The notes beneath the pieces are model-generated. The model was not told where the DNA came from, searched no databases, and saw nothing but the letters and a program-made list of their open reading frames with translations. From positions 160,001-224,000 of the forward strand of contig CAXXMV010000001.1 in NCBI GenBank assembly GCA_963662285.2: a stretch of DNA of 64,000 nucleotides, in the 5' to 3' direction. This DNA comes from a bacterium. Its GTDB lineage: Bacteria > Hinthialibacterota > Hinthialibacteria > Hinthialibacterales > Hinthialibacteraceae. This document shows, piece after piece, positions 9,523 through 19,732 of this stretch; position 1 is the first letter of the stretch; each line of letters opens with the position of its first letter. A program made the translations under genes and the position numbers.

Positions 9523-11181
9523 CTATAGCATAAGAATTAACTGCGTACCACCAATAAGAAGAAGGACAACGCCCCATGCCGCCACAAATCCCAAACACGA
9601 TACACGATCTGGTTTAACAATGAACAATCCCCCACGATTAAACAAACGCTGTGAAGGAGGAATCGCTTCTGCTAAAGGCAGCGATAATTTGTTTTCTTGG
9701 CCGATGGGTGTATGAATTTTGACGAAAAAGGAATCTACTCGATCTGCTTCTGGCTTTTGAGTGCAAAGACTTATGATCCATCCTGCAATAATTCCAGCAG
9801 GGATAAAGAGCATGGTTTGATACGCGATTGCCGGTGCTACACCAAATTGGGATACAGGGAAAATAAATAGTTTGGCTGTATAAAGTACTGTTGTCGCGAT
9901 TATAAAACTGGCAAAAACACCTGCTGTATTCATTCTTCGCCAGAATATCCCCATCCAGAACGCAATACCGATCGAGGCTGTGGTTTGAAAGAAAGTAAAA
10001 GCTCCTTCAAGGACTGTCGGGAATAAAGATGAAAAAAGGATAGCGGTAACAACAATAACAACACTTGCAATACGTGCAACAAAGAGGTAATGCGCTTCCG
10101 TTTTTCCAGTGTTGAGATGAGCACGATAGAGATTGTCTGTGAATAAAGCAGAGGTCGATATCATCAGGGCATCACATGTGGACATCGCTGCTGACATGAT
10201 ACTGGCCAGCATGATCCCTCGCAGTCCAATAGGTAACAGATCCGCTACGGCATAACCAAACGCATGCTCGGATTGATTTTCCAGACCCAAATTTGGATAA
10301 AGTACAATGGCGCAAACACCGATCAACGCCCATCCAAGCGTGCATATCCGTTTAAGAAAATTTCCATACGTCATACCGACGCGGCCTTCCCATTCGGTTT
10401 TGCCCGCTGATGTCGTAGCCATGACTTGCGATTGCGCAACAATCCCAACCATGGCGTTCAATGATAAAAGAGCAATGACTGGAACTGTTATCGTATGTGC
10501 GGAAATCAGGTTAAGAATATCGGGACCAGCCTGATCACGAATGGCTTGGAATCCTCCAACCGAATACAACGCATATGGCACCATAAGAAACGAGAGTATA
10601 ATAATGAAGATGCCTTGAATCATATCGGTAATAACGGCTGCAACCAAACCGCCCGCAATGCCGTACACAATGAAGGATACAGTCATAAACCCGATGGCCG
10701 TGGATTGGGAGATGGCTCCATCCGTCATGGAAGAGATTACCAATCCTGTCCCTTGAAGCATGATCCCAATATTTAGGGTGATCGAAATAACACTGACAAA
10801 AACGAAAAGTAACGATGCCGATGATCCGTAACGATCATGGAATAATTCGGCAGTAGTAAGACAACGGCTTCGCCGGAACACGGGAGCAAGAAGCCAATAA
10901 AAAGGCGTGGTAAACATCCATTGCCATTGCGCCCATATCCCCGACATTCCATTGCGGTAACACGCGCCTGTTACGGCGACGGCTTGATCGGTATGGGTTC
11001 CAGCGCCAAATGAATGAAAGATCATCAGAACCTTTCCAAAACGGCGTCCGGCCATGTAAAAATCTTCACGAGACCGTATAGACGATTTCGTACGATACCC
11101 GATCCAGGTGATACAAACCAAATAAACGGCAATTGCCGTCCAATCCAAGGAGTGAAGGCCAAACAGATTCATCGCAATCAA
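9523..11181 (-). CDS. Sodium:solute symporter (SSS) family transporter
   Basis: Multi-TM protein with DFYMAGR, AGGLVAAVITDMIQ and GLRGIMLASIMSAAMST. Confidence 0.92.
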   Translation of the reverse strand: MIAMNLFGLHSLDWTAIAVYLVCITWIGYRTKSSIRSREDFYMAGRRFGKVLMIFHSFGAGTHTDQAVAVTGACYRNGMSGIWAQWQWMFTTPFYWLLAPVFRRSRCLTTAELFHDRYGSSASLLFVFVSVISITLNIGIMLQGTGLVISSMTDGAISQSTAIGFMTVSFIVYGIAGGLVAAVITDMIQGIFIIILSFLMVPYALYSVGGFQAIRDQAGPDILNLISAHTITVPVIALLSLNAMVGIVAQSQVMATTSAGKTEWEGRVGMTYGNFLKRICTLGWALIGVCAIVLYPNLGLENQSEHAFGYAVADLLPIGLRGIMLASIMSAAMSTCDALMISTSALFTDNLYRAHLNTGKTEAHYLFVARIASVVIVVTAILFSSLFPTVLEGAFTFFQTTASIGIAFWMGIFWRRMNTAGVFASFIIATTVLYTAKLFIFPVSQFGVAPAIAYQTMLFIPAGIIAGWIISLCTQKPEADRVDSFFVKIHTPIGQENKLSLPLAEAIPPSQRLFNRGGLFIVKPDRVSCLGFVAAWGVVLLLIGGTQLILML

Positions 11182-12111
11182 TTACCTTTTAACAATTTCC
11201 GAAATATACGTTTGGTATTTAGAAATGAGGAAATCATCAGTTATGTTCTTGTTTTGGAAAATATATAAACCGAAACTCAAGGAGAAGCGTTCGCCTTTTT
11301 GGATAGAAATAGTGCTTTTTTCTTTTTGGGTGAATGCGTTTCGCCCAAAGGGATTCGCTGTCAATAATCCATAGTCTCTTGCGTGAAACCATGACGATCG
11401 AAAATTACCTGGTGCGGTCATTAGAAGCGCTCCCAAGAATTCTCCGGAAGTATTTTTTCCATAGTATGCACACCAAGGCGATTGAACTCCCCATACTTTC
11501 TTTTCATTCTGGTATCCCTGCTGATTAAGAATTGTACCGCCATTCTTGGCGATCAAAGGAGTTGCCATCCGAATTCCGAATCCCATTTCTTCCTGATCAC
11601 CAAAGTAGAATGGATCATTTGTTGAAAAGAAAACTGAATCCCAAAAAATATAAACGCCATTATTATCATACGATACACGAATCGAACATTCTTCCTGACA
11701 AATGATTGTGGCATCATTCATATAATGATTTAAAACGGAAAACGAACCTTGCTTGTTTCCTGGTTTTGGTTGTTCGACAAAGCGGACATGCTTAACGTGA
11801 GATTTATTACGCCAAAAGTCATGCCCGTTAAGATCGCCGAATGCCATCCACAAACCGGGATGATATTCGGCATGATCGGTACGGTCTTTTCCTTCGATGG
11901 GAGGATGGTTCCGGGTGATTTGCTCACCTTGAAGCGTTCGTATGGTATGGAAATAGGGCCGGTATATTTGTTTATCCTGGAATACATAGGTGGCAAGCGG
12001 TTTTGTGTTTACGGTGATATCTAACGAATTTGAATTTCGTGAAAATTCAACTTGAGCATACACGAGTGGTGAAACACAAACCAACAAAAAAAGTATAAGT
12101 GTCAATCTCAT
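11182..12111 (-). CDS. PmoA-like (DUF6807) secreted protein
   Basis: RPYFHTIRT, DH..YHPGLW..FGD.NG.DFW, WFHARDYGLLTANPFG. Confidence 0.8.
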   Translation of the reverse strand: MRLTLILFLLVCVSPLVYAQVEFSRNSNSLDITVNTKPLATYVFQDKQIYRPYFHTIRTLQGEQITRNHPPIEGKDRTDHAEYHPGLWMAFGDLNGHDFWRNKSHVKHVRFVEQPKPGNKQGSFSVLNHYMNDATIICQEECSIRVSYDNNGVYIFWDSVFFSTNDPFYFGDQEEMGFGIRMATPLIAKNGGTILNQQGYQNEKKVWGVQSPWCAYYGKNTSGEFLGALLMTAPGNFRSSWFHARDYGLLTANPFGRNAFTQKEKSTISIQKGERFSLSFGLYIFQNKNITDDFLISKYQTYISEIVKR

Positions 12112-12114
12112 GAT

Positions 12115-13389
12115 TTATCCTATCTTGGGCAATTCATAGCCTTTTCGATATTCTCGTCCTAATAGTTTCGCAGCGGAAGAATCATTCGTGATTTCATAAT
12201 TCGAAGAATTAACAAGCAGTTGATTCTGGATTCGAGTGGAAATGTTGCCCAAATGACAAAGCGCAACGGAAAAGAAGCCTTCCGTAATTGGAGCGTTTAA
12301 TGCTTTTGGATTGTTTTCTTTTACACTCAAAATAAAATTTTTGATGTTTGCATCTAAATCACCGCTGCCGCCAAGTTTTTCGCGTGCGCCGTCTTTCCAA
12401 ATGACATGACTGCCATCCCTCCCAATTTCCAGTCGGCCTTCATCGCCGTAGAAGACCGTGCCGTTATCATGGCCTTCCAATTTGTAATCGGTCCATAAAC
12501 GCATTTCATAAACCAAGTGGATACCATTATATTCATAGATTATGGTTTGAGTATCCGGGGTTTGGTGATCGTCTTGATAAAACAGTTGTCCACCGCTTCC
12601 AGATACCCGAGAAGGGTGGATTACCTTAAGGCCCCACCGGGCCACGTCGATTTGATGCGTCCCGTCGTTGCCGATGTCGCCGGTTCCATAATCCCAAAAC
12701 CAATGCCAGTTATAATGCCATCGATTTGGGGTGAAAGCATGAACCGGCGCCGGTCCAAGCCATAAATCATAGTTAACGCCTTGAGGTGGTGATTCAGGAT
12801 TCGCTGTTCCGATTGGTTTGCGCAATTGATGATTGATTGCTTTAGCCATACGGATTTTACCTAACTTGCCGCTTTGTAAAAATTTCATGGATTTTTTAAC
12901 ACCTTCGCCACTGCGGCTTTGGGTTCCATGCTGAATACATTTATTTTCTTGCTTGGCACATTGAACGAGCTGTAAACCTTCATGAATATTGTGGCAGCAG
13001 GGCTTTTCTACATAAACATGCTTTCCCGCCAGCATGGCTTCCATGGCAATTTTTGCGTGCCAATGGTCTGGAGTGGCAATACTTACTGTATCGATTGACG
13101 GATCGGCGAGCAGTTTGCGGTAATCCCCATATATATTTTGCTCTTGGGTGATATTTACCAATCTAGCAGCTTTAACTCTTCGTTTAGGATCGACATCACA
13201 TACCGCAACCACTTGGCAATGGTCGGAAAAAGAGTGAAACCTTTGGCAATGATTCTGCCCCTGATTCCCTAAACCAATTACAGCGTGATTGATTCTTTCA
13301 TTGGCTGTAGAATAAGTTGATTTAGTTGACAAGACCAAGGGCGCCATGGTCGCTATTTTGATCATTCGGCGTCGATTGGTTTTTCTCAT
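12115..13389 (-). CDS. Gfo/Idh/MocA oxidoreductase with Tat-like signal
   Basis: RRR near N-terminus, IGLGNQG, ATPDHWH, HVYVEKP, YDLWLGPAP, GDIGNDGTH. Confidence 0.92.
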   Translation of the reverse strand: MRKTNRRRMIKIATMAPLVLSTKSTYSTANERINHAVIGLGNQGQNHCQRFHSFSDHCQVVAVCDVDPKRRVKAARLVNITQEQNIYGDYRKLLADPSIDTVSIATPDHWHAKIAMEAMLAGKHVYVEKPCCHNIHEGLQLVQCAKQENKCIQHGTQSRSGEGVKKSMKFLQSGKLGKIRMAKAINHQLRKPIGTANPESPPQGVNYDLWLGPAPVHAFTPNRWHYNWHWFWDYGTGDIGNDGTHQIDVARWGLKVIHPSRVSGSGGQLFYQDDHQTPDTQTIIYEYNGIHLVYEMRLWTDYKLEGHDNGTVFYGDEGRLEIGRDGSHVIWKDGAREKLGGSGDLDANIKNFILSVKENNPKALNAPITEGFFSVALCHLGNISTRIQNQLLVNSSNYEITNDSSAAKLLGREYRKGYELPKIG

Positions 13390-13426
13390 GTTACCCTCCT
13401 GCTTTTCTACAGTTTTTAGATAATTT

Positions 13427-13611
13427 GTAACTGGTCAGCCAATTGAAGTGCGTTATCCCTCCCCCAAGCCTGGGGGAAGTCAGGTGGGGGTTGATTCGTT
13501 GAAACGCAACCCCCCCTCTAACTCCCCCCAAACTTGTGGGAAAATTTTAATAAAAAAGCCTTGGATAAAACATAGTTATAGTGTTACTACTTCATATGGC
13601 TGACCTGTTAC
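13427..13611. mobile_element. 185-bp MITE with IS66-type ends
   Basis: 23-bp terminal inverted repeats GTAACTGGTCAGCCAATTGAAGT / GTAACAGGTCAGCCATATGAAGT (3 mismatches); 8-bp direct repeat GATAATTT at 13419-13426 and 13612-13619; internal G/C-run hairpins. Confidence 0.85.
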
Positions 13612-13899
13612 GATAATTTTTATTGCTTAACACTATTGCAAATAGTTCTTAGATGGTTGAATTATCTGAGTTTAATATTCAATCACAACAATCTGTTTTT
13701 TTCAATAGGACTCAAAAGAATTCAGATGAAGATTCGTTTTGATTATGTGATTTCTATACAGTTCCACATAATATTGAGCGTTTTATTCCTCAATATCGAT
13801 TGATTGGCGTGTTTATTTAAGGTGGTGAGAGTTTTATAATGGATAAATTCATGATGAACTGAATATCGATTTTTGGAATTTAGATAAATGGGATTCGAG

Positions 13900-14406
13900 A
13901 TGAAATATACTTTGTTTGTTTTGTTGATTATGCTTGTCGGCGTTTTTGCCAATGTGGGCCTTAGTACTGAACTAGATTGGAATGATGTTGAAAGATTGTA
14001 ACCGCCGAGACTGTATAGTCCTCAGCCTGAGCGTTACCGCTTTGGCCATGTCGATATCCATAATCCAGAGTTTTATCCAATTCCACAAACTCCAGTTACC
14101 CGCGATGCCTATATGAAATGGCTGGAAGATTCGGGAATGTTGGATTATGTGAAACAGCCCAAACACGGACTCAACGGACCGACTCAACTATTGCCTTGTC
14201 TGGCGAAACTCGTTCAAACAGATGACCCCAAATGGGGCGAGGCTTGTATCGTCATGCTGAAGGATTTTCATCGTGCGCTGATTCAAGAAGTAAACGAAAA
14301 AGGTTGGACGGAACAGTTCGCGGAGCCTCCCGCATTTCTTCCCCTGTATAGAAAATACCTCATTTAAGCAAACTTGATGCAGCCGGATGAACCTTGGTTT
14401 AAGGAG
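13900..14406 (+). pseudogene. Secreted hypothetical protein, degraded and 3'-truncated
   Basis: ATG 13900 with signal peptide MKYTLFVLLIMLVGVFA; in-frame TAA at 13999 and 14365 with protein-like sequence continuing in frame up to an IS200 end. Confidence 0.7.
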
Positions 14407-14591
14407 TCATCTACCTCCGGCAAAGCCGGAGGCTTGATATTGTGAACCGCTCAAAGCGGATTATTTTATGCGCCGCCTAAAGGCGACATCTACTATTCAA
14501 ACAAATTCGTCTGATCCAAACGTTTATCCTCTTTCTCCTGTTCCTGAATATATTTTCGAATCATTGCTTCATCTCTTCCTACAGTAGAAAC
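14406..14591 (-). mobile_element. tnpA: IS200/IS605-family remnant: tnpA 3' end plus right-end hairpins
   Basis: Minus-strand VSTVGRDEAMIRKYIQEQEKEDKRLDQTNLFE* matches the TnpA C-terminus carrying the catalytic Tyr helix; hairpins CCTCCGGC-AAA-GCCGGAGG (14414-14432) and CCGCTCAAAGCGG. Confidence 0.8.
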
Positions 14592-15792
14592 TAAATAACT
14601 GATCCTCGATATCAGACACATACAAAAGAATCATGTGAACTTTGATTTAGGATATGGACTTACATCCTCAAGAAACTGTTCAACCGACTGCATTAGCTTT
14701 TCCATTGATGGAAATTGATGATTTCTGGTAATGTTATCATGCAATTGCTTCCAAAGCGTTTCTATCTTGTTTTCGACTGGACTATAGGGAGGGAGAAAAT
14801 GGAGTTTTAATCGTTCTCCATGTTTTTTCATCCAACGCATTGTCTCCTGGCTCTTGTGGATAATGTAATTATCCAAGATAAGGTGAATCACGCGATATCG
14901 ACGATAGCGATAGAGAAGGTCCTTCAACATATCAATGAATAATTTGCTGTTCTTTCGTTTCTCCACCGTCCAAGTCACATTTCCCGTTTTTATATTCAAT
15001 GTCCCGGCGATATAACGTTTTTCATTGACGCCCGGTGTGGGTATTTTTTTTTGTTGATTGGGCAACATATAATCACTTCCTATTCGAGGATTGAGATCAA
15101 CATCTGCTTCATCCTGATAAAAAATCGTTTCGTCATGCGGCATATTTTCCACTAAACGGTGAATCTCTTCAATTCGTTTTTTACGCCCTTTAATAGGGAG
15201 CCTGAGCACCGGACACGCTCGTCTGCGATGGATGTTCAGCCTACGAAGCATTTTCCCCAAGTAGGTTCGCGATAATTCTATCCCGGTTAATTTTTTCATC
15301 TGTTTGGTTAGAAGTTCCTGAGTCCAGGTACTGCGATTCCAACCATAATCTCGAGGAGATTTAGGTATTAATTGTAATAAAGTTGTCAAATAATCAGATG
15401 TGACTTTGCTGGGATGAGCCTCCAATCGTTGATCTTTTAATCCTTGTTCTCCTTCTTCCCGGAACTGGTTGAAAGTTTTGTACACCATTGATCGGGCGCA
15501 CTTTACAGTACGTCGAATATCAGTAGGCGATCTGTTTTCAGCTAACAAAATGATGATTTGATATCGCTGACGAGTATCGGCGCAACGGATTTTTTTTGAT
15601 TGACGCATCAATTTCCTTTTGACTTGCCGTGATATTTTGAATATAATTTGTAACATCAGAAGGCCTCCTTTGGGATTATGATTGATGTCATATCCACATT
15701 ATAAGGGAGGTCTTTTGACTTGTCTGGCCTTTCTGTAACTTATTAGTTTGTTTTTACTTACATAGTGTCCGAGATTTTAAATCATCTATTTA
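14592..15792 (-). mobile_element. IS630-family insertion sequence
   Basis: Imperfect inverted ends TAAATA..TGAT.....AT.TC.GACAC, TA at both extremities, transposase inside. Confidence 0.8.
14631..15656 (-). CDS. IS630-family transposase
   Basis: HTH domains plus DDE motifs FYQDEA, LILDNYIIH and LPPYSPVENKIE. Confidence 0.95.
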   Translation of the reverse strand: MLQIIFKISRQVKRKLMRQSKKIRCADTRQRYQIIILLAENRSPTDIRRTVKCARSMVYKTFNQFREEGEQGLKDQRLEAHPSKVTSDYLTTLLQLIPKSPRDYGWNRSTWTQELLTKQMKKLTGIELSRTYLGKMLRRLNIHRRRACPVLRLPIKGRKKRIEEIHRLVENMPHDETIFYQDEADVDLNPRIGSDYMLPNQQKKIPTPGVNEKRYIAGTLNIKTGNVTWTVEKRKNSKLFIDMLKDLLYRYRRYRVIHLILDNYIIHKSQETMRWMKKHGERLKLHFLPPYSPVENKIETLWKQLHDNITRNHQFPSMEKLMQSVEQFLEDVSPYPKSKFT

Positions 15793-17226
15793 GGCGAAGG
15801 CGTCATGTTCCTTCTCCAGGAAGCCCTGGATGCGGTTTATAAAGCCTTTAATGTTTACCCAGGTAAACCGGAGAAATACCCTACCTTCGAAGACATTCTG
15901 GAATGGCTGGAAAAACACCCTGCCAAAGGCCGAAAAGCTCTTTGGATGGATTCCACCATGCGAGGCGTAAAATCCATCTGCTTCGGTCACATGGGAAAAG
16001 TCGTCAACACCGCCGTTCAACCAAACCTCGCGTCGCTCCTAGAGAAAAACGTGATCCTGGAATTAGACGGCCTCACCAATGCCGATAAAACCTTCATCAT
16101 CGAATCACTATTGCTCTGGATTCACCATTACCGCCTAGCACAACCACAACGGGAAACCTTCAAGCACGCCATGATCATCGAAGAAGCCCACCACATCCTT
16201 TTAAAAAGAACTGGCGGTCAGGGAGGAGAAGCAGTCACCGACACTATCCTGCGAGAAATCCGCGAACTAGGCGAAGCCATCATCCTGGTCGATCAACACC
16301 CCAGCCTGATCTCCATCCCCGCCTTGGGAAACACCTACACAACCATCGCCATGAACCTTAAACATCGATCAGATGTCAACGCCATCGGAGCAGCCATGTT
16401 GATGGATAACGAAGAAAAAGACATCTTTGGACGTCTCCCCATCGGAATGGCGGTCATCAAACTCCAAGGGCGCTGGCTACAACCATTCCAAATCAAGATC
16501 CCACACCGAAACATACCAAAAGGAGCAATCAACGATTCAAAACTCGCCTGCATCATGAAAGAGAGAAATCCCTTTTCGAATCAAAAACCAGATAAATCGA
16601 GCGTAAGTATCCAACCGGAAGAACAACCAATCGAATTATCCGAGAAAGAACTCGGATTCCTCGTTCACGTACACGAGCAACCGTTCCTCGGAACTGTCGA
16701 GCGCTACCGGCAATTAAACCTAAGCCGCCGTAAAGGAAACGCGATCCGGCAGCAATGTCTGGATAAAGGCCTACTTAAAACAGTCGATATCCCCACTAAA
16801 AGCGGCAAAGTTGTCCTCGTCGAGTTATCCGAGAAAGGAAGAAAACAACTCGTCTTACTCGGACACACCATCCCGAATCGATCTCGCTGGGGAAGCACGG
16901 AACACGAGTTCTGGAAACACAAAGCCGCAAGAAAAATCAGAGATCGAGGATGGAAAGCGGCAATCGAAGAATCCAACCAAGGATTTACCGATATCGTTGC
17001 AACAAAAGCAAAACACAAAATCGCGGTTGAAATCGAAACCGGCAAGTCAGACTGGCGATCCAACATTCAAAAAAACATCCAAAGCGGATTCAAAAACATA
17101 CTGATCCTGGCCACAAACCAAACCACACTCCAAAAAATCACCCAAGAAATCCTGGAAATGAAAACCAAAATCAACATCAAAACCATAACAGCCCAAGAAT
17201 TCCTGGAATTACCCGAAACAAAATGA
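15793..17226 (+). pseudogene. 5'-truncated HerA/VirB4-like ATPase fused to wHTH and C-terminal PD-(D/E)xK-like nuclease domain
   Basis: Frame begins at the IS630 end (GEGVMFLLQEAL). Walker B MIIEEAHH and REIRELGEAIILVDQHP are present, Walker A is absent. C-terminal EHEFW...DIVATK...AVEIETGKS is shared with 54625-56598. Confidence 0.8.
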
Positions 17227-17580
17227 AATAAGTCAAAACTCGAAAAAGAAGGATGAATTGAAGAGATATCACCGATTCCAAAGCGAAATGGTCGATTAAA
17301 CTGATATAGAGATAGTATTAGGTCATTCCCTCTAATGATAAGAATCTTGGAATCCAAGCGGAATCTCCGATTCAGACTTCAATTCCAAGATTCTATGATC
17401 AATATCCAAAGAGGATATCTCTGTATTTATAAAAATCTGACTACATTTTTTTCCTTCTCTGTTATTTCGATTGAGTGATTAAAAAGTGTGTTAAGACAAT
17501 AAAATCTTGAAATTCACTAAAATGTGTCGTAACATACTTAAAACATTTAATTAATTGAAAGTCGAAGAACAAAGGTTCTA

Positions 17581-19596
17581 GTGAAAAGAACACCAATCAG
17601 TCAAAAAACAGTGAAACGTCTTTTCGCGGCCTCTGGCGGAATTTGTGCATTTCCAGGTTGCAATACGAGACTGGTTGATCCAGATTCTGGTGCACTACTC
17701 GGTGAGATGTGCCATATTCACGCTGCTTCACTTGGCGGTCCGCGATATGATCCTTCATTATCTGACGATGATCGAAATAAAGACAGCAACTTGATTATTC
17801 TCTGCCCTACCCATCACAGCCTAATCGATCAGGATGAGGAGACTTATACCTCAGCAAAGTTGAAATCCATCAAAAATACCCACGAAGAGACTGTAATTGC
17901 GATTTTATCCGCAAGCAACACATCGACTATCAAAGAAACTCAGACTTCAGACCTTGCTCGCCAAATTGATTCTGAGTCGGTTGATTTTGCTATTGTGGTA
18001 GCACTCAAAAAAGAATTTGAGGCATTACAACACTACATACCTGAACTTGAACAAGTCACAAGTACCAACGAAGACATGCGGTCATATTACAAAGCAACAC
18101 TTTCTGCAGTTGGAGGTAGCTGTTACAGAATAGTTGTTACCCTATTACCAACTATGGGTAATCTCGATGCTGCACATGCAACAGCTGATTTAATCAATCG
18201 CTGGAATCCACGATACATTCTTGTTACGGGATTAGCAGGAGGTCTGAACCGACAATCTCAGAATTTTGGTGATATTGTTGCTTCTGAAGCGATTGTTTAC
18301 TACGAGCCGGGGAAAGTGCAAGATGGCACAATTGAACCTAGAAACAGACAGTTCTTAGCAGACCGTCGGCTTCTCGATGGATTGCAGAATCTTCGGGACA
18401 CAAACTGGAAGTATTCACTTCCAGAACGCCCTGATGGTAAACCTTCATCCATTGAAATTCCGAGAATACACATTGGCCCAATCGCATCTGGTGAGAAGGT
18501 TATTGCATCGGATGAAGAAGTTTCCAGGCTTTTGTCAAGTCAACGTAACCTAATCGGTATTGAAATGGAGAGCGCAGGAGTGGCTTCCGCCGCTTTTAGT
18601 GCTTTAAAAAAGATTGGATTTATCACCATTAGATCGATTTGTGACTTCGCAGATAACCAGAAAAACGACAACTGGCATTCATATGCGGCACATGCAGCCG
18701 CGGCTTGTCTCCGAGCATTCCTAGTGAGTCGTCCAGTTGGACCATCCGAAGGAGATTGGCCCACACCCCAAACCAGAGGTGAATCTCTTTCGGAAGATCC
18801 TTTAAAACAGAGAAAATTACTTTTTAATGAATTATGCTCGGCTTTTGATATGGAAGATTTTAAGAGTTTTTGCTTCGTCCTTGGGGTGGACGTAGATGAA
18901 TTACCTGGTGATAAGAAATCGGCAAGAGTAAGGGAACTGATATTGCTTTTCGAGCGACAAGGACAAATAGATGCCTTGGAGGAAGCGTTCAGCGATTTCC
19001 GTTTTAATTCAATCGATACTCAGATTAACAACGTAGAAATTATTCAATCAGAGAAAAAAGATAGCATACTACTTAAAGATTACTTTTTAATTGGATGTGG
19101 GATTGGAAATCGCATGGTTATTTTACCAGTTCCACCAGGAAACGCTGAAGACAAAGCTTTATCTGAGTTTGCAGAAAAACTTCATAAACTTGATTTAGGC
19201 AATTCCGAAATACCACAACGGCTTTCAAATATCGCGAAAACTTTGGCAGACAATGAAAACAAGGAAAAAGTCAAATCTGCTTTAGATCAATATTTTGATA
19301 TAATGAACGACTTACCAGATCTTATACACAAAGTAAGTACAGATGAACAGTATAAAGTTATGAACCTTGGTAAACTACTTTTTGAAATTCCAACACTTGC
19401 ATATATTGAAAAAAATAATAATGAGTTGTTACCAACAATTATTGCGTTAGAATCAATAGTGGCACAAGTCGAAATAACCCCAAATATAAAAAAAGAACTA
19501 CTAAATCATATAAAATCTATTCGTGAAGAAGAAGATTATGAATTGTTGATGGATCAGACAAACAAACTTTCAAGAACTATTTACATGGTGCTCTAA
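17581..19596 (+). CDS. HNH endonuclease - MTA/SAH nucleosidase (PNP_UDP_1) - EAD7-like fusion, putative defence protein
   Basis: LFAASGGICAFPGC...GEMCHIHA...NLIILCPTHH (HNH); IVVALKKEF, GLAGG, FGDIV, GPIASGEKVI, IGIEMESAG, IRSICDFAD (nucleosidase); FDMEDFKSFCFVLGVDVDELPGDKKSARVRELI (EAD7-like). Confidence 0.85.
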   Translation: MKRTPISQKTVKRLFAASGGICAFPGCNTRLVDPDSGALLGEMCHIHAASLGGPRYDPSLSDDDRNKDSNLIILCPTHHSLIDQDEETYTSAKLKSIKNTHEETVIAILSASNTSTIKETQTSDLARQIDSESVDFAIVVALKKEFEALQHYIPELEQVTSTNEDMRSYYKATLSAVGGSCYRIVVTLLPTMGNLDAAHATADLINRWNPRYILVTGLAGGLNRQSQNFGDIVASEAIVYYEPGKVQDGTIEPRNRQFLADRRLLDGLQNLRDTNWKYSLPERPDGKPSSIEIPRIHIGPIASGEKVIASDEEVSRLLSSQRNLIGIEMESAGVASAAFSALKKIGFITIRSICDFADNQKNDNWHSYAAHAAAACLRAFLVSRPVGPSEGDWPTPQTRGESLSEDPLKQRKLLFNELCSAFDMEDFKSFCFVLGVDVDELPGDKKSARVRELILLFERQGQIDALEEAFSDFRFNSIDTQINNVEIIQSEKKDSILLKDYFLIGCGIGNRMVILPVPPGNAEDKALSEFAEKLHKLDLGNSEIPQRLSNIAKTLADNENKEKVKSALDQYFDIMNDLPDLIHKVSTDEQYKVMNLGKLLFEIPTLAYIEKNNNELLPTIIALESIVAQVEITPNIKKELLNHIKSIREEEDYELLMDQTNKLSRTIYMVL

Positions 19597-19619
19597 ACAT
19601 GCAACAATTTCTAAAAATA

Positions 19620-19726
19620 TCTTAACAATGCTGAGCGGTTCGTACCTTTGCTCCCTCGCTAAGCTTCGGGAGAACAAAAACACTCGATCGGAATCCCTAC
19701 GGGCATCGCTCAGCGCCGCATTATCT
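19620..19726 (+). repeat. attC-like site
   Basis: TCTTAAC inverse core, GCTGAGCG/CGCTCAGC stem, degenerate core ATTATCT. Confidence 0.65.
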
Positions 19727-19732
19727 CCTAAT

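Noticed and set aside
11182-12111. Particulate methane monooxygenase subunit A
   Set aside because: Soluble secreted PmoA-like/DUF6807 protein in a sugar-oxidoreductase operon with no pmoB or pmoC
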